DNA of 64,000 nucleotides from a virus, in the IMG/VR virus record IMGVR_UViG_3300046680_000412, positions 17,975 through 81,974 of that record; one strand, written 5' to 3'. The notes under the pieces were generated by a model. It worked only from the letters and a program-made list of their open reading frames with translations. It ran no database searches and had not been told where the DNA came from. Positions 1 through 10,214 of the stretch are shown piece by piece (the first letter of the stretch is position 1; every line of letters begins with the position of its first letter). A program made the translations under genes and the position numbers.

Positions 1-984
1 GCCGCCGCCGTGGCGCCGGTGTTGGTTGCGCTCGGAACAATCGCCTATGTCATCACCAACGTGATTTGGCCGGTGTTCGCGGGACTTGGCTCGGTCATCG
101 GAGCAGTCTTCACCTGGCCGGTGTTGGCCGCAATCGCGCTCGTCGTAGGCGGCTTTCTGATGCTTCAGAAGGACGGCGAGACGGTGAAAGACACTTTCAC
201 GCGTATCGTCGACAACATCGTGGGTGGATTCAACTGGCTCATGGAGAACGGCATCAAGCCGATCCTCTCCGGTTTCGAGTGGTTCAATCCGGCCTTCGAA
301 GTCATCTGGACCAAGTTCAAAGAGATCTGGGGCGACATCACCAACGATCTCACGGATACGTTTGGCGGCATCTTTCAGTCGCTCAAGGCGCTTGGCCCTT
401 TCTTCAAGGTCGTGTTCACTTTCATCGGCAACATCGCCGGTGCCGCAGCGACGATCATCGGCGGAGCATTCACGCTGATGTTCGGCATCGTGGAGGGAAT
501 CTTTTTCAAGATTCGCAACGTTGTACTCAGCGTGATGGAATCGATCGTGAACTTTATCAAACAGCTGTCGTTCGGCTTGGGCTACATCGCCGAGCTCGCC
601 GGCTTCGACTGGGGCAAGAAGATGCAGGACTTCGGCCAGGACGAGTTCAAGATCGACGTCGGGCGCAGCGAGCGAGGCATGGGCGGCTCAGGCGGTTCAG
701 CGGCTGAAGACATCGTGCTCGACAGCAATGAACGAGACACCATGGTGGTTGATCAGAAGGCGCTCGATGCCGCCGCTATCGGCAACGCCGTGGGCGATGC
801 AGTAGCGGGCGCGATGCCAGACGAACTGAACGTTGACAGCAAGGTGTGCGTCGACGGCAAGACCATCGCGCGCGCGACGGGCAAGCACAAGCAGGAACTC
901 AGCGAGCGCGCTGGCTTCAAATCCACTCCATGGGCAAAGCGGGCGGCTGCCGAACACGGCGCCGTGCCCGCCCGAGGTACCTGA
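1..984 (+). CDS. Tape measure protein, C-terminal part (gene begins upstream of window)
   Basis: Open from the window start; hydrophobic/amphipathic W/F-periodic helical sequence; ends VCVDGKTIARA; directly precedes baseplate genes. Confidence 0.8.
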   Translation, partial: AAAVAPVLVALGTIAYVITNVIWPVFAGLGSVIGAVFTWPVLAAIALVVGGFLMLQKDGETVKDTFTRIVDNIVGGFNWLMENGIKPILSGFEWFNPAFEVIWTKFKEIWGDITNDLTDTFGGIFQSLKALGPFFKVVFTFIGNIAGAAATIIGGAFTLMFGIVEGIFFKIRNVVLSVMESIVNFIKQLSFGLGYIAELAGFDWGKKMQDFGQDEFKIDVGRSERGMGGSGGSAAEDIVLDSNERDTMVVDQKALDAAAIGNAVGDAVAGAMPDELNVDSKVCVDGKTIARATGKHKQELSERAGFKSTPWAKRAAAEHGAVPARGT

Positions 985-1838
985 TGGCAAGTCCACTGCT
1001 CACGACAAGCACCGCCGCGGCCGCGGCCGCGACGAAATTCATTCCGAACTACAAGGTTTGGAACCTGCTCAATCTCGACTCTGGCCAAGTGATGCAAGGC
1101 CAGTTCGAAGCGGAAAACGTCGGGCGCGACATCGAAGTGAACTGGGGTCAGTTCACTTCGCTCAATCGGCAGAACCCGATCCTGCAGTTTCTGAACGGTG
1201 CGGCAGAGAAAGTGTCTTTCGACGCGCGGTTCTACAGCAACCACGCGCTCGACGCTTCGCCGGAGGCCAAGCTCGAAATGCTGGTTTCTTGGACGAAGAT
1301 CGATCCGTCCCTACGGCGCCCGCCCATCTTGCAGTTCTGGATCGGCGACGGCCATCTGATGATGAACTGCGTCGTCACTGGCGCAAAGATCGGCTACGCG
1401 CGACCCAACTTCTTTGGTGGCGCGCGCGACATCACCTTCACGTTGTCGTTGATGGAGTTCACGCCGTTCAGCTTGGACGACGCCGAACAGACAGACACAC
1501 GCTATGCACGCGCGCGCGACCGGGACTACTTCGAGCTGCTCGCGTTCGAAGAGTATGGCAATCCGATGATCGGCGATGTGATCCGGAAGATGCATCCGAT
1601 CCTGCAAAGCTTGGAGCCCGGCGACGTCGTCAAGCTGCCGTCCATCGAGGGCGTGCGCAGCAAGCGAGTGATGCAAACTTCGATTCCCTTGAAAAGCGCG
1701 TTTGGCAGGGAAGACACGCCACAGCGTCGGCTACGTCTGCAGTTCTTTCAGAAGCGGTCAGGCAACTACGTCTCGCACGTGCTTTCGCCAACGCGATCTT
1801 CGAGTCGAAGCGTCATCAGCGCAGTGGGCGGCTTGTAA
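984..1838 (+). CDS. Tail tube initiator-like protein (gpU/gpX-type, LysM-like C-terminus)
   Basis: ATG overlaps tape measure TGA; RPPILQFWIG...CVVT segment and C-terminal LAFEEYGNP...LEPGDVVKLP; position after tape measure gene. Confidence 0.65.
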   Translation: MASPLLTTSTAAAAAATKFIPNYKVWNLLNLDSGQVMQGQFEAENVGRDIEVNWGQFTSLNRQNPILQFLNGAAEKVSFDARFYSNHALDASPEAKLEMLVSWTKIDPSLRRPPILQFWIGDGHLMMNCVVTGAKIGYARPNFFGGARDITFTLSLMEFTPFSLDDAEQTDTRYARARDRDYFELLAFEEYGNPMIGDVIRKMHPILQSLEPGDVVKLPSIEGVRSKRVMQTSIPLKSAFGREDTPQRRLRLQFFQKRSGNYVSHVLSPTRSSSRSVISAVGGL

Positions 1839-1854
1839 CGGGAGGCGTTTCGCT

Positions 1855-3210
1855 ATGGTCGACATATCCACACTGAGCCGTCCGTTTCCAGACGACGTCT
1901 CGTTCAATGCACCGAACTTCAGCATTCGCGTTGGCGGCGTCGAAGTGCCGATGGGGATCCGTCAGCTTGTCGAAAAGGTCGAATACGAATCGTCGGACGG
2001 CCTAGCCGACATGATGAAGGTTGTCTTTCGCGATCCACGCTACGTGCCGCCCAAGGGACTGATGCCGCGCGGCCCACTGGGCGGTCGCAGCACGGGCGGC
2101 GGCGGCGTGGGTAGCCACCTGTCGCTACGCGACGTGCGCGTCTTTCAGCCGGGCAACGAAATGACGCTGGCGCTGGGCTACGGCACTTCGCTCAAGCACG
2201 TAGGGCGCGTGGTCATTCGCAAGGTGCGCCCGAACTTTCCGCGCGACGACATCCCCACGGTCGAGGTGATTGGCTACACCAAGGACTCGGCCATGATGGA
2301 CAATGCGCCGCAAGGGCCGAAGACGCCCAACTCTCCGATCTACGCGAAGCCCGAGACGTCGCGGCGCCGGCCTCGTCGCGGCGGCCACAAGAAGAAAGCG
2401 GCGCGGCTCGATCGCATGTTCAAGAATGCGACGTTTGCGGACGCGGTTCGACAGCGCGGCCTCGCCTACAACTTCGAGTTGAAGGTCGACGACACGCACG
2501 ATGCGAAGCATACGTTTGTCCAGAAAGTCGGCCTGACGGACTACGACTTCGTCAAAGGGCTATCGAACATCACGGGCTTTTTCTTCTGGGTCGATGGCGA
2601 CGAGACCGGCAAGTGGACTTTGCACTTCAGAGATCCCGCCAAGGTCGAGCGCAAAGAGCTGCAAGAGAAGGTCTACACGTTCAAATACGATCACGGCAAT
2701 CTCGGAACGCTCTTGGAGTTCGAACCCGAACTGGCGATCCACAACGCGATCACGAAGATGCAGGCGCGTGTCAAGGATCCAAAGACTGGCAAAATTTTCG
2801 ATGCCATCTTCCATGAAGAGAACGAAGACACCCCCGATCCGCTCGCGGTCGTGCCGGACGACATTGACGGCAACGTGTTGGATGGAGAGTACAAGACGGC
2901 GTCGAGCGTCAAAATCTTCATCGACGAATACAGCTTCACGGCGATCGCGAATCGGCGCTTTCACAGCGAAGCCGAACTGATCCAGTGGACGCGCCAGTGG
3001 TTTAGGCGTCATCGCGAAAACTTCATTCTTTCGACGGGCACGACCATCGGGATCGAAACGGTGATGGCGCGGCAGATCCACAATATTTCAGGCATCGGCA
3101 TGGGGCTGGATGGCGAGTACTTTTTTTCGAATGTGAACCACAAGCTTTCGAACAACGCTGGGTACGAACTCGAATGCACGATGCGCAAGGTCGTGCCCGA
3201 GCTCGAATAG
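1855..3210 (+). CDS. Baseplate hub / late control D-like protein
   Basis: GGAGG at 1841 before ATG 1855; VQKVGLTDYDFVKGLS and GIGMGLDGEYFFSNVNH segments; position in module. Confidence 0.7.
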   Translation: MVDISTLSRPFPDDVSFNAPNFSIRVGGVEVPMGIRQLVEKVEYESSDGLADMMKVVFRDPRYVPPKGLMPRGPLGGRSTGGGGVGSHLSLRDVRVFQPGNEMTLALGYGTSLKHVGRVVIRKVRPNFPRDDIPTVEVIGYTKDSAMMDNAPQGPKTPNSPIYAKPETSRRRPRRGGHKKKAARLDRMFKNATFADAVRQRGLAYNFELKVDDTHDAKHTFVQKVGLTDYDFVKGLSNITGFFFWVDGDETGKWTLHFRDPAKVERKELQEKVYTFKYDHGNLGTLLEFEPELAIHNAITKMQARVKDPKTGKIFDAIFHEENEDTPDPLAVVPDDIDGNVLDGEYKTASSVKIFIDEYSFTAIANRRFHSEAELIQWTRQWFRRHRENFILSTGTTIGIETVMARQIHNISGIGMGLDGEYFFSNVNHKLSNNAGYELECTMRKVVPELE

Positions 3211-3219
3211 GTCGTTTCC

Positions 3220-3924
3220 ATGGCATTGATGACTGCAACCTATCCCGCGAAAGTTACTTTCAACCAGGACCCCGACAAGCGCGGCGTGATCCGCGTGGCG
3301 TGCGTGGGCATCATGGGCGACGAAGACGTGGAGGTCCCGGTCGATGTCGAGCCCGTGCACGACTGGGGCTTCTTCTTCGTTCCGGACATCGGCGAGCTTG
3401 TCGAGGTCGAATGCCTGGAAGGCTCCGACGAGGACGAGCAGCCCGGCCAGATGTCGATCGACAATCTCGATCTGAAGTGGCGCAGTGCACGCTACTACAC
3501 CGACGACGAGGACGGTGACAAGCCAACGCTGATTCACAGCAAGTTCACCGAGAAGAACTACGGCAAGCGCCGGGGCTTTGCGACACCTGCCGGGCACGTG
3601 TTCATGTTCGACGACACCGAGGGCGCGGAAGAGATGACCTTGGCGTGGAAGGACGGCAGCGCGCTTTTGACGTTCGACGCAAAGGGCACGGTGACGCTGC
3701 AGAACAAAGCTGGCGCGACGCTCGTGATGGATTCGGACTCCGGCAAGATTGTCCTGACGTCCGACACGATCGAAGTGAACGGCGGCGAGCAGGCCATGAT
3801 CCTTGGCAATCTGTTCAAGCAGTACTTCGACACGCATACACATCCGACGGGAGTAGGACCGAGCGGTGTGCCGATCGTGCCGATGCCCGCAAACACCTTG
3901 AGCTCGATCACGAAGGTAGGGTGA
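3220..3924 (+). CDS. Baseplate spike protein (gpV/gp5-like)
   Basis: DPDKRGVIRV OB-fold start, WGFFFVPDIGELV motif, C-terminal HTH metal-binding apex (THTHPTG). Confidence 0.8.
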   Translation: MALMTATYPAKVTFNQDPDKRGVIRVACVGIMGDEDVEVPVDVEPVHDWGFFFVPDIGELVEVECLEGSDEDEQPGQMSIDNLDLKWRSARYYTDDEDGDKPTLIHSKFTEKNYGKRRGFATPAGHVFMFDDTEGAEEMTLAWKDGSALLTFDAKGTVTLQNKAGATLVMDSDSGKIVLTSDTIEVNGGEQAMILGNLFKQYFDTHTHPTGVGPSGVPIVPMPANTLSSITKVG

Positions 3925-3928
3925 GGCG

Positions 3929-4195
3929 ATGGCACTCGACAAGGCAGGCCTGAAGACAGCGATTCAGCATGTGTTCGAGAAAATCGGTGACGACAACCAA
4001 TTGTCTGCCGCCGACGCAGCGACGCAGCTGTCCGATGCGATCGACTCGTACGTCAAGACGGCGCTCGCTACTGTCAGCATCCCGCCCGGGACAGTCGTGA
4101 TCGCGGCGGCTTCTATCGCGGTGCCGGTCCTGAACCCAGCGCCCATCTCACTGACGGGCGGCCCGTCGACCACGCCCCCGGGAGGGCTGTCCTGA
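3929..4195 (+). CDS. Small baseplate-associated hypothetical protein
   Basis: 88 aa, GAGG RBS, translationally coupled to next gene. Confidence 0.6.
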   Translation: MALDKAGLKTAIQHVFEKIGDDNQLSAADAATQLSDAIDSYVKTALATVSIPPGTVVIAAASIAVPVLNPAPISLTGGPSTTPPGGLS

Positions 4196-4584
4196 TGCCC
4201 ACCGGACTTGCGATGCCCGTGGGCGTCAGCCAGGGCGGCGGCGCGCGGCTGTCGTCGGGCGACGAAAACGACGACAAGATCATTCGCTTGGCGCTGGGCG
4301 ACGACGCAAACGAAAACGCCTTTCAGCAGAATGTAGGCGTCGGCGCGAACATGATCTTTGGCCAGTCCGATCAGGTGCTGCAGGCGACGATCATGCGCCG
4401 CCTCAACGACGTGTTTCGGCGCTTCGAGGCGCAGAAACGCTACATCCTTCGTCGCAACACGATTCGCTGGACACAAGACAGTGAAACGCAAGAGATGATT
4501 TTGACGCTGAAGTATCTCTCGGTCGAAAGCGACAAAGAGCAGATGTTTCGCGAGAGCTTCAACGCGTCTACGACCAACCCATAG
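4195..4584 (+). CDS. gp25/gpW-like baseplate wedge (sheath initiator)
   Basis: 129 aa between spike and baseplate J; GVGANMIFG...FRRFE pattern. Confidence 0.65.
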   Translation: MPTGLAMPVGVSQGGGARLSSGDENDDKIIRLALGDDANENAFQQNVGVGANMIFGQSDQVLQATIMRRLNDVFRRFEAQKRYILRRNTIRWTQDSETQEMILTLKYLSVESDKEQMFRESFNASTTNP

Positions 4585-4595
4585 AGGCGACCGGC

Positions 4596-6776
4596 ATGCC
4601 ATCCAAAGTGATCGAAGTCCCGTCGTTCGAGTTCTCTGCGTTCTACTACGCACAGATCTTGGAGGCGTTGCTCGTCCGCAAGCGCATCGACGTTCCGGAG
4701 CTGACCGACGAAAGCGACTTTGAGCCGTTCATCCAGTTGCTTCGAAGCTTCGCGCTCGTCGGGCACCTGAACAATACGCTACTCGACGTCGTCGCCAACG
4801 AAAACACGTTGCCCACTGCGCAGCTCGTCGAGACCGTTCGCAACATGTTGCAGCTGATCGGCTACGACTTGGCCTCGGCTTCGCCAGCGAGTTCCGAACT
4901 CGTCTATCAGTTGGCGCGTGCGTTCAGCGCGTCGACCGAGGTTGTGCCGGCGCTTGCCCAAGGCGCGACACGCGGCGACACGGATGTGCCCGTAATCTAC
5001 TTCGAGTCACTCGAAGGCGTGACCGTGACGCGCACCGATCGCTTCACGAGTGTCCATTCAGAGGATGGCGGCGTAATCACGGATCACACGACTGAAGCAA
5101 ACGCTGGGTCGAACTTCACTCCGTGGTCGACGCCGGCAAGTGGCGATGCGCTCTATTTTGGACACGACTCGGCAATGTGGGACGCGCTCAGACTGAACGT
5201 GGTCGCGGCGCTCACCAATATCGCAGGAGCGTGGGAGTACTTTGACGGCGACGTGTTTGACGTGCAGCCGGAAGTGGTTGTGAATATCGGCGCCGGGCAG
5301 CTGTCGTTTGATCTCGACTCGCTTCTGGGCGCATCCGACAGGCGCGGTGCGCGCGTGCGCGTCACGTTGAACGAGACAGGCGCGTACGAAGAAGTGGTGT
5401 CGACGTGGAACGGTGCGCAGAATATTGGCGTAACAGGTCTGTTGGGTCAGAGCTCGCCGTCGACCGTCGCGACCGACTATACGGTCGGCTGTGAATGGTC
5501 CGAGTTCGCGATGTCGCCTGAGTTGAACTTTTTGGACGACACGCATGGTCTTGCGACGGCGGGCGAGCATGATGTTTCGTTCGGTTTGCCGCAGACCGAA
5601 TCGACGAACTGGCGCGTCACCACGATCAACGGCATTCAGGGTTTTTGGATCCGCTTTCGCATCGTGACCGTAACCGGCCCGACGTCGCCGACTTTGGCTC
5701 GTTGCCGCATGGACACTGGCGATCAGTACGTGATCTCTCCCGTCGTGCAGGGGCGCTCTGTCTCGGACGATCCACTTGGTTCGTCCAATGGCGGGCCCAA
5801 TCAGCAGTTCGAGACGACGCGCGACTACTTCATCGACGGCAGCGAAACCGTGACCGTGGACGACGAAGAATGGACGCGCGTTCGAAACTTTCTTCGCTCG
5901 GGACCGCAAGACAGACACTACACGATCGTGCTCGGAGACAATGACCGGGCCACCGTGCGCACGGGCGACGGCGTCACCGGGCGCATCCCGCCGCTGGGCC
6001 AGGGCAACGTCTCGATCGACTACCGCTTCAACGCGGAAGTCAGTGGCAACGTGGGATCCAACACGATCGTTGTCGACAAAACCGGCCTTACCTTCGTCAA
6101 TACGATCTACAACCCGCGACAGGCGGGTGGGTGGTCAGAAGCTGAAGGCGCTTCGCCTGAAAGCCTCGAACGAGCGAAACTCGCCGGGCCAGCGACGTTG
6201 CGCACCAAAGACGTCGCGCTCAATGGCGATGACGCGATCGTGATGGCGAAGGCGTTCGTGGCATCCGATGGCACACGGCCATTCAGTCGCGCGACCTTTG
6301 TCGAAGAAGGCTTCGGCGTCAAGACAGTGGAGCTTGTTCTGTGCGGATCGGGCGGGGTGATTCCAACCTCGGAATACTTGCGCGAGATCGAGGTGTTCTT
6401 CAACGGCGACAAATATGCGAGCCCGCCGTTGCCGCAGCGTTATGTCGGAAACCAGCGCGTGTACGCTGTCGCCTTCGATTTGAAAGTCGTCGACATGACT
6501 GTCGAGATAGAAGCGCCGGAGACCGTGACCGAAGAGCAAGTCAAGAACGGCCTGGCCCAGGTGCTGCAGCCTGAAGCGCGGAAGAAAGACGGCGTCACGT
6601 ACGAGTGGAACTTCGGCGGAAGCGTGCCGATTTCTCGCTTGGTCCACGAAGTATTCAAGATCGACGATTCAATTGCGGCCGTCACTATCGACGGCCTACC
6701 GGGAGACGGCGTAGTGCTTAGCTCGCGACAGCTGCCGATCGCAGGCACGATCAACGTCCTGATCGCAAGGCCATAA
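4596..6776 (+). CDS. Baseplate J-like wedge protein (long form)
   Basis: LTDESDFEPFIQLL, ENTLPTAQ...LIGY, LGSSNGGPNQQF, GDGVTGRIPP, ESLERAK motifs. Confidence 0.85.
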   Translation: MPSKVIEVPSFEFSAFYYAQILEALLVRKRIDVPELTDESDFEPFIQLLRSFALVGHLNNTLLDVVANENTLPTAQLVETVRNMLQLIGYDLASASPASSELVYQLARAFSASTEVVPALAQGATRGDTDVPVIYFESLEGVTVTRTDRFTSVHSEDGGVITDHTTEANAGSNFTPWSTPASGDALYFGHDSAMWDALRLNVVAALTNIAGAWEYFDGDVFDVQPEVVVNIGAGQLSFDLDSLLGASDRRGARVRVTLNETGAYEEVVSTWNGAQNIGVTGLLGQSSPSTVATDYTVGCEWSEFAMSPELNFLDDTHGLATAGEHDVSFGLPQTESTNWRVTTINGIQGFWIRFRIVTVTGPTSPTLARCRMDTGDQYVISPVVQGRSVSDDPLGSSNGGPNQQFETTRDYFIDGSETVTVDDEEWTRVRNFLRSGPQDRHYTIVLGDNDRATVRTGDGVTGRIPPLGQGNVSIDYRFNAEVSGNVGSNTIVVDKTGLTFVNTIYNPRQAGGWSEAEGASPESLERAKLAGPATLRTKDVALNGDDAIVMAKAFVASDGTRPFSRATFVEEGFGVKTVELVLCGSGGVIPTSEYLREIEVFFNGDKYASPPLPQRYVGNQRVYAVAFDLKVVDMTVEIEAPETVTEEQVKNGLAQVLQPEARKKDGVTYEWNFGGSVPISRLVHEVFKIDDSIAAVTIDGLPGDGVVLSSRQLPIAGTINVLIARP

Positions 6777-6780
6777 AGAC

Positions 6781-8871
6781 ATGGCGCTTCTCAATCGCAC
6801 CGTAGACGACAGCTCCGAGACCACAGACAGCGCGCTGTCTGTGATGGGCGCGCTACTCGTGATCGCGGATGTCACGGACGCGCTTTCGGCGTCTGACGTC
6901 GTGGACGTCAAGAGCGGCCGCTTCGATACGCGTAGCGTAAACGACAGCGTCGCCGTCACTGATGCACTCGCGCCTGTGAGCGTTACGCGCATCGCGCTCA
7001 GCGACAGCGTCGTCGTGACGGACGAACTGTCGATCGTGATCGACGGAATGATCCGCGTGAACGATGTCGTCAGCGTGAGCGACAACTTGGTGCGTCAGCC
7101 GATTCTTGCGCTTTTCATCGCCAATGCGCGCGCGCTGAATGAATCCAAAGTGCGAATCGATTTTTCGGCGCCGATGCTGATCAACGACGCGCTTCGCCGA
7201 CCCGGTAGCTACGTCTTCCACAACACGTCCCCGGGCGGCGCAGAAGTTGTGCCGCTGGTTGTCGCCGTGCCCGCGGGACAGCTCAATCCGTTGTACGTCG
7301 AAATCGACGTGACCGAGCATACGAACCTTGCGACGTACACGGTGGCGCTTGCGTCGACGCTGCGCGGCGCTGCGGAAGAAGCCAGCACGGGGATCCCGTT
7401 CGAGTACCAGGGCATTGGCGTCGAGCCGACGCTTCAGCTTGTGCTCGCGATTTCGCCCACCGAAGTGGACGTGTATTTCAGCGAACCGATCGCCAACAAC
7501 GCCGCAGCAAACGATCGCACTCGCTACCAATGGGCTGGCGGCATCTCGACTATCGACGTCAAACGTGTTTCAGGGAACGTCGTCACGTTGCAGACCACAG
7601 CGCAACTCCCCGGTGCGCTGTACACGTTGACTGTCATCGGCAGCTCGTCGTTTGCCGTCGTCTTGGCCCAAGACGACATCACAGTGACAGACGAAGCTTC
7701 GCACGGGCTGGACCACACCGAACCGGTTGGCGACGATTCGGTGGCCGTGAGCGACTCGGTTGTGACCAAGCGCACCCGTGTCTATGTGGCATCGGCATCT
7801 GACACGGCCGCGGTGAGCGACGGTATTACGGCAACGCCGACATTTGGCTTGCAGTTGCAAACGATCTTCGCTTCTGCGCGCCCGTCGCCGCCGAACTCGC
7901 CTGAGATACAGCGTTCGGCCAATGACATTTCATGGGTCAGCACCAACTACAGTCCGGCGCCTAACAAGATTGTGCGCAATGGCGGACGAAACCCGCTGAC
8001 GGACACGGTCATCTTGGTGGGCGACAACGGGCTTTTTCTGCGATCGACCGATGGCGGCGCGACATGGACGCTGTCGACGCCATTCGGCACGACACCGTCT
8101 ATCGGCGCCGTATGGTTTGGAAACGGCGTGTGGGTAGTCAGCTACTCGGACACGGGCGGCTCCAAGCTCTACTACTCCACGACCGACGGCGCGAGCTGGA
8201 CAGGGCCCATCGATCCGGACGCGGGCACCGGCACGGGGCCGACAGGCACGATCACCGCTGGCTACAGCGACAACTTCTTCGACGGGCGCTGGGCTGCAGG
8301 CCTCGGGCTGCACGTGGGCGTCGGCTACAAGGGCTCGATCTGGACCTCGCCCGATGCCATCACGTGGACGCGTCGCACGGCCGCTGGAAGCTACGTCGGG
8401 AGTTTCTACGGCTTCCGGGGCGTGGCGTGGTCGCAGAGTCAGAACTTGCTGGTCGCGGTCGGAGACGCGACCAACGGGGAGTGCCAGACGTCGCCTGACG
8501 GCGCGGCGTGGACCAAAAGAAACTTTGACACGACGCTGGCGTTTGCCACGGTGTGGGACGTTGCCTACTCGCCGACGCTCGACCTGTGGCTGGCGGTCGG
8601 CGACGGGAGTAGCGTCGGGCGCATCCAGACTTCTCCGAACGGGACCACGTGGACGTCCCGAACTCCCATTGTGGGCTCGAACGAATGCTACAGCTGCACG
8701 TGGGACGCGAAGAATGGCCTTTTCGTTGTGGGCGGCCGCTTTGGCCAGGTGCAGACGTCGCCGGACGGGACCAACTGGACTTCGCGCTCACCAGCGAACA
8801 CAGGCGGAACGTTCATTGGGAGTTCGAGTTCGAGCATCTTCGCAGTCATCGGCGGCGGCGCCGCGAACTAA
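6781..8871 (+). CDS. Tail fibre/appendage protein with DxVxVxD repeats, Ig-like domains and an Asp-box beta-propeller
   Basis: Repeated DSVAVTD-type motifs; several TSPDGxxWT Asp-boxes in the C-terminal half. Confidence 0.6.
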   Translation: MALLNRTVDDSSETTDSALSVMGALLVIADVTDALSASDVVDVKSGRFDTRSVNDSVAVTDALAPVSVTRIALSDSVVVTDELSIVIDGMIRVNDVVSVSDNLVRQPILALFIANARALNESKVRIDFSAPMLINDALRRPGSYVFHNTSPGGAEVVPLVVAVPAGQLNPLYVEIDVTEHTNLATYTVALASTLRGAAEEASTGIPFEYQGIGVEPTLQLVLAISPTEVDVYFSEPIANNAAANDRTRYQWAGGISTIDVKRVSGNVVTLQTTAQLPGALYTLTVIGSSSFAVVLAQDDITVTDEASHGLDHTEPVGDDSVAVSDSVVTKRTRVYVASASDTAAVSDGITATPTFGLQLQTIFASARPSPPNSPEIQRSANDISWVSTNYSPAPNKIVRNGGRNPLTDTVILVGDNGLFLRSTDGGATWTLSTPFGTTPSIGAVWFGNGVWVVSYSDTGGSKLYYSTTDGASWTGPIDPDAGTGTGPTGTITAGYSDNFFDGRWAAGLGLHVGVGYKGSIWTSPDAITWTRRTAAGSYVGSFYGFRGVAWSQSQNLLVAVGDATNGECQTSPDGAAWTKRNFDTTLAFATVWDVAYSPTLDLWLAVGDGSSVGRIQTSPNGTTWTSRTPIVGSNECYSCTWDAKNGLFVVGGRFGQVQTSPDGTNWTSRSPANTGGTFIGSSSSSIFAVIGGGAAN

Positions 8872-8890
8872 AACCCAGGTCTAAAACGCC

Positions 8891-10195
8891 ATGACGATCA
8901 TTCAAGACCTCGCGTTCAACCCATTCGAGACGGCTTCGTCGCCGATGCTCGGGTTCAGCCCGGGTGCGTTCGCCTCCATCGTGTCGCGGCCGCGACCAGA
9001 GTTGTCGCTGCTTATCTATCGTTTTTTGATCGAGGGCATTCGCGAAGAAGACCAGGTCAACGGCGCGCAATTTCTCGAACGCTTTTTGCAGGGTCCGCAA
9101 GGCGTGTGGGACGGCATCGACCGTTCGATTCGGACGCTCCCGGATATGTGGTCGGTCACGAAATCAGCCGATCGCTTTTTGCCATTTCTGAAATGGATTG
9201 TGGGCTGGACCTCCGAGCTCGACTACATCACCAACGACTTGGATGCGGTGACGTTGCGCCGCTTGATCGCGGCGTCGGCACCGTTCTGGAAGATCCGCGG
9301 CACTGAAGATGCGTTGGCCGAGATCCTTCGCCTGACGACGGGCGCGCGCCTGCGTGTCGTCAACTGGTTCGACGTGCGTTACGTGGTGGGAGAGCAAGTT
9401 CTTGGCGAGCAGCACCAAGGCAACGACACATGGATGCTTTCGTACGGCGCGCCTGACTACAACGAAAACCGCATGAACTTGCGAATCGTCGACAACGGCT
9501 CGCTCAATCGGCGCTTGGTGCGCAATCTCACGAAGCTGACGCGCCCGGGAGGCGAGCACATCACGATCAGCTATCTCGGCTTTCTCGATCAGTTCACCAC
9601 TGACGGCGACTCGTCACAGTGGACAGAAAAAGTCGGCACTGACACGCCAACCGTGATCGATGGTGAGATGGCTATCGGGCCATCTAACTCTGTCTACGCC
9701 AATGTCATCGGCGCGGACAGTTGGCGAAACTACGTCGTGAGCGTGACGTTTCGTGGCGGCAGCTTGGTGTTTGAGACGTACCGCACGGGCGATGGCGACG
9801 CGTACATATTTTTGGTCAACACGACGGACGGCGGGACGGTCTACGTATTCAAGTTGGTCGCGGGCACGGCGACGGCGATAGCTCTCGGCACGACGTACAC
9901 AACGCCCGTGTACAACGGGCTCTTTGTCGATACGTGGCTGAACTTCGACTCTGAGTCGCTCTACACGCTGCGCGTGTCGATGGTGCCCGAAGGCGCGTCC
10001 ACGCGCATCACGGTGTGGCTCGATGGCAATCGACTCGTCGAGCTACTCGACGCCACACACAACCATGGCGGAATCGCGTTCGCAGGCAACTACGGATCCG
10101 GAACTGCGCTGGTGTCGGACGTGGAGTTGTTCTTTTTACCGCTGCAAGAAGATGTGATCGAGCGCGCCGCTCCCGAAGAAGTACTTCCAAGCTAA
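8891..10195 (+). CDS. Tail protein I-like baseplate protein with C-terminal beta-sandwich domain
   Basis: FLERFL...DRFLPFLKWIVGW...FWKIRGTEDAL motif typical of P2 gpI-like proteins. Confidence 0.75.
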   Translation: MTIIQDLAFNPFETASSPMLGFSPGAFASIVSRPRPELSLLIYRFLIEGIREEDQVNGAQFLERFLQGPQGVWDGIDRSIRTLPDMWSVTKSADRFLPFLKWIVGWTSELDYITNDLDAVTLRRLIAASAPFWKIRGTEDALAEILRLTTGARLRVVNWFDVRYVVGEQVLGEQHQGNDTWMLSYGAPDYNENRMNLRIVDNGSLNRRLVRNLTKLTRPGGEHITISYLGFLDQFTTDGDSSQWTEKVGTDTPTVIDGEMAIGPSNSVYANVIGADSWRNYVVSVTFRGGSLVFETYRTGDGDAYIFLVNTTDGGTVYVFKLVAGTATAIALGTTYTTPVYNGLFVDTWLNFDSESLYTLRVSMVPEGASTRITVWLDGNRLVELLDATHNHGGIAFAGNYGSGTALVSDVELFFLPLQEDVIERAAPEEVLPS

Positions 10196-10214
10196 AGACG
10201 AAAGGGCACGTCCA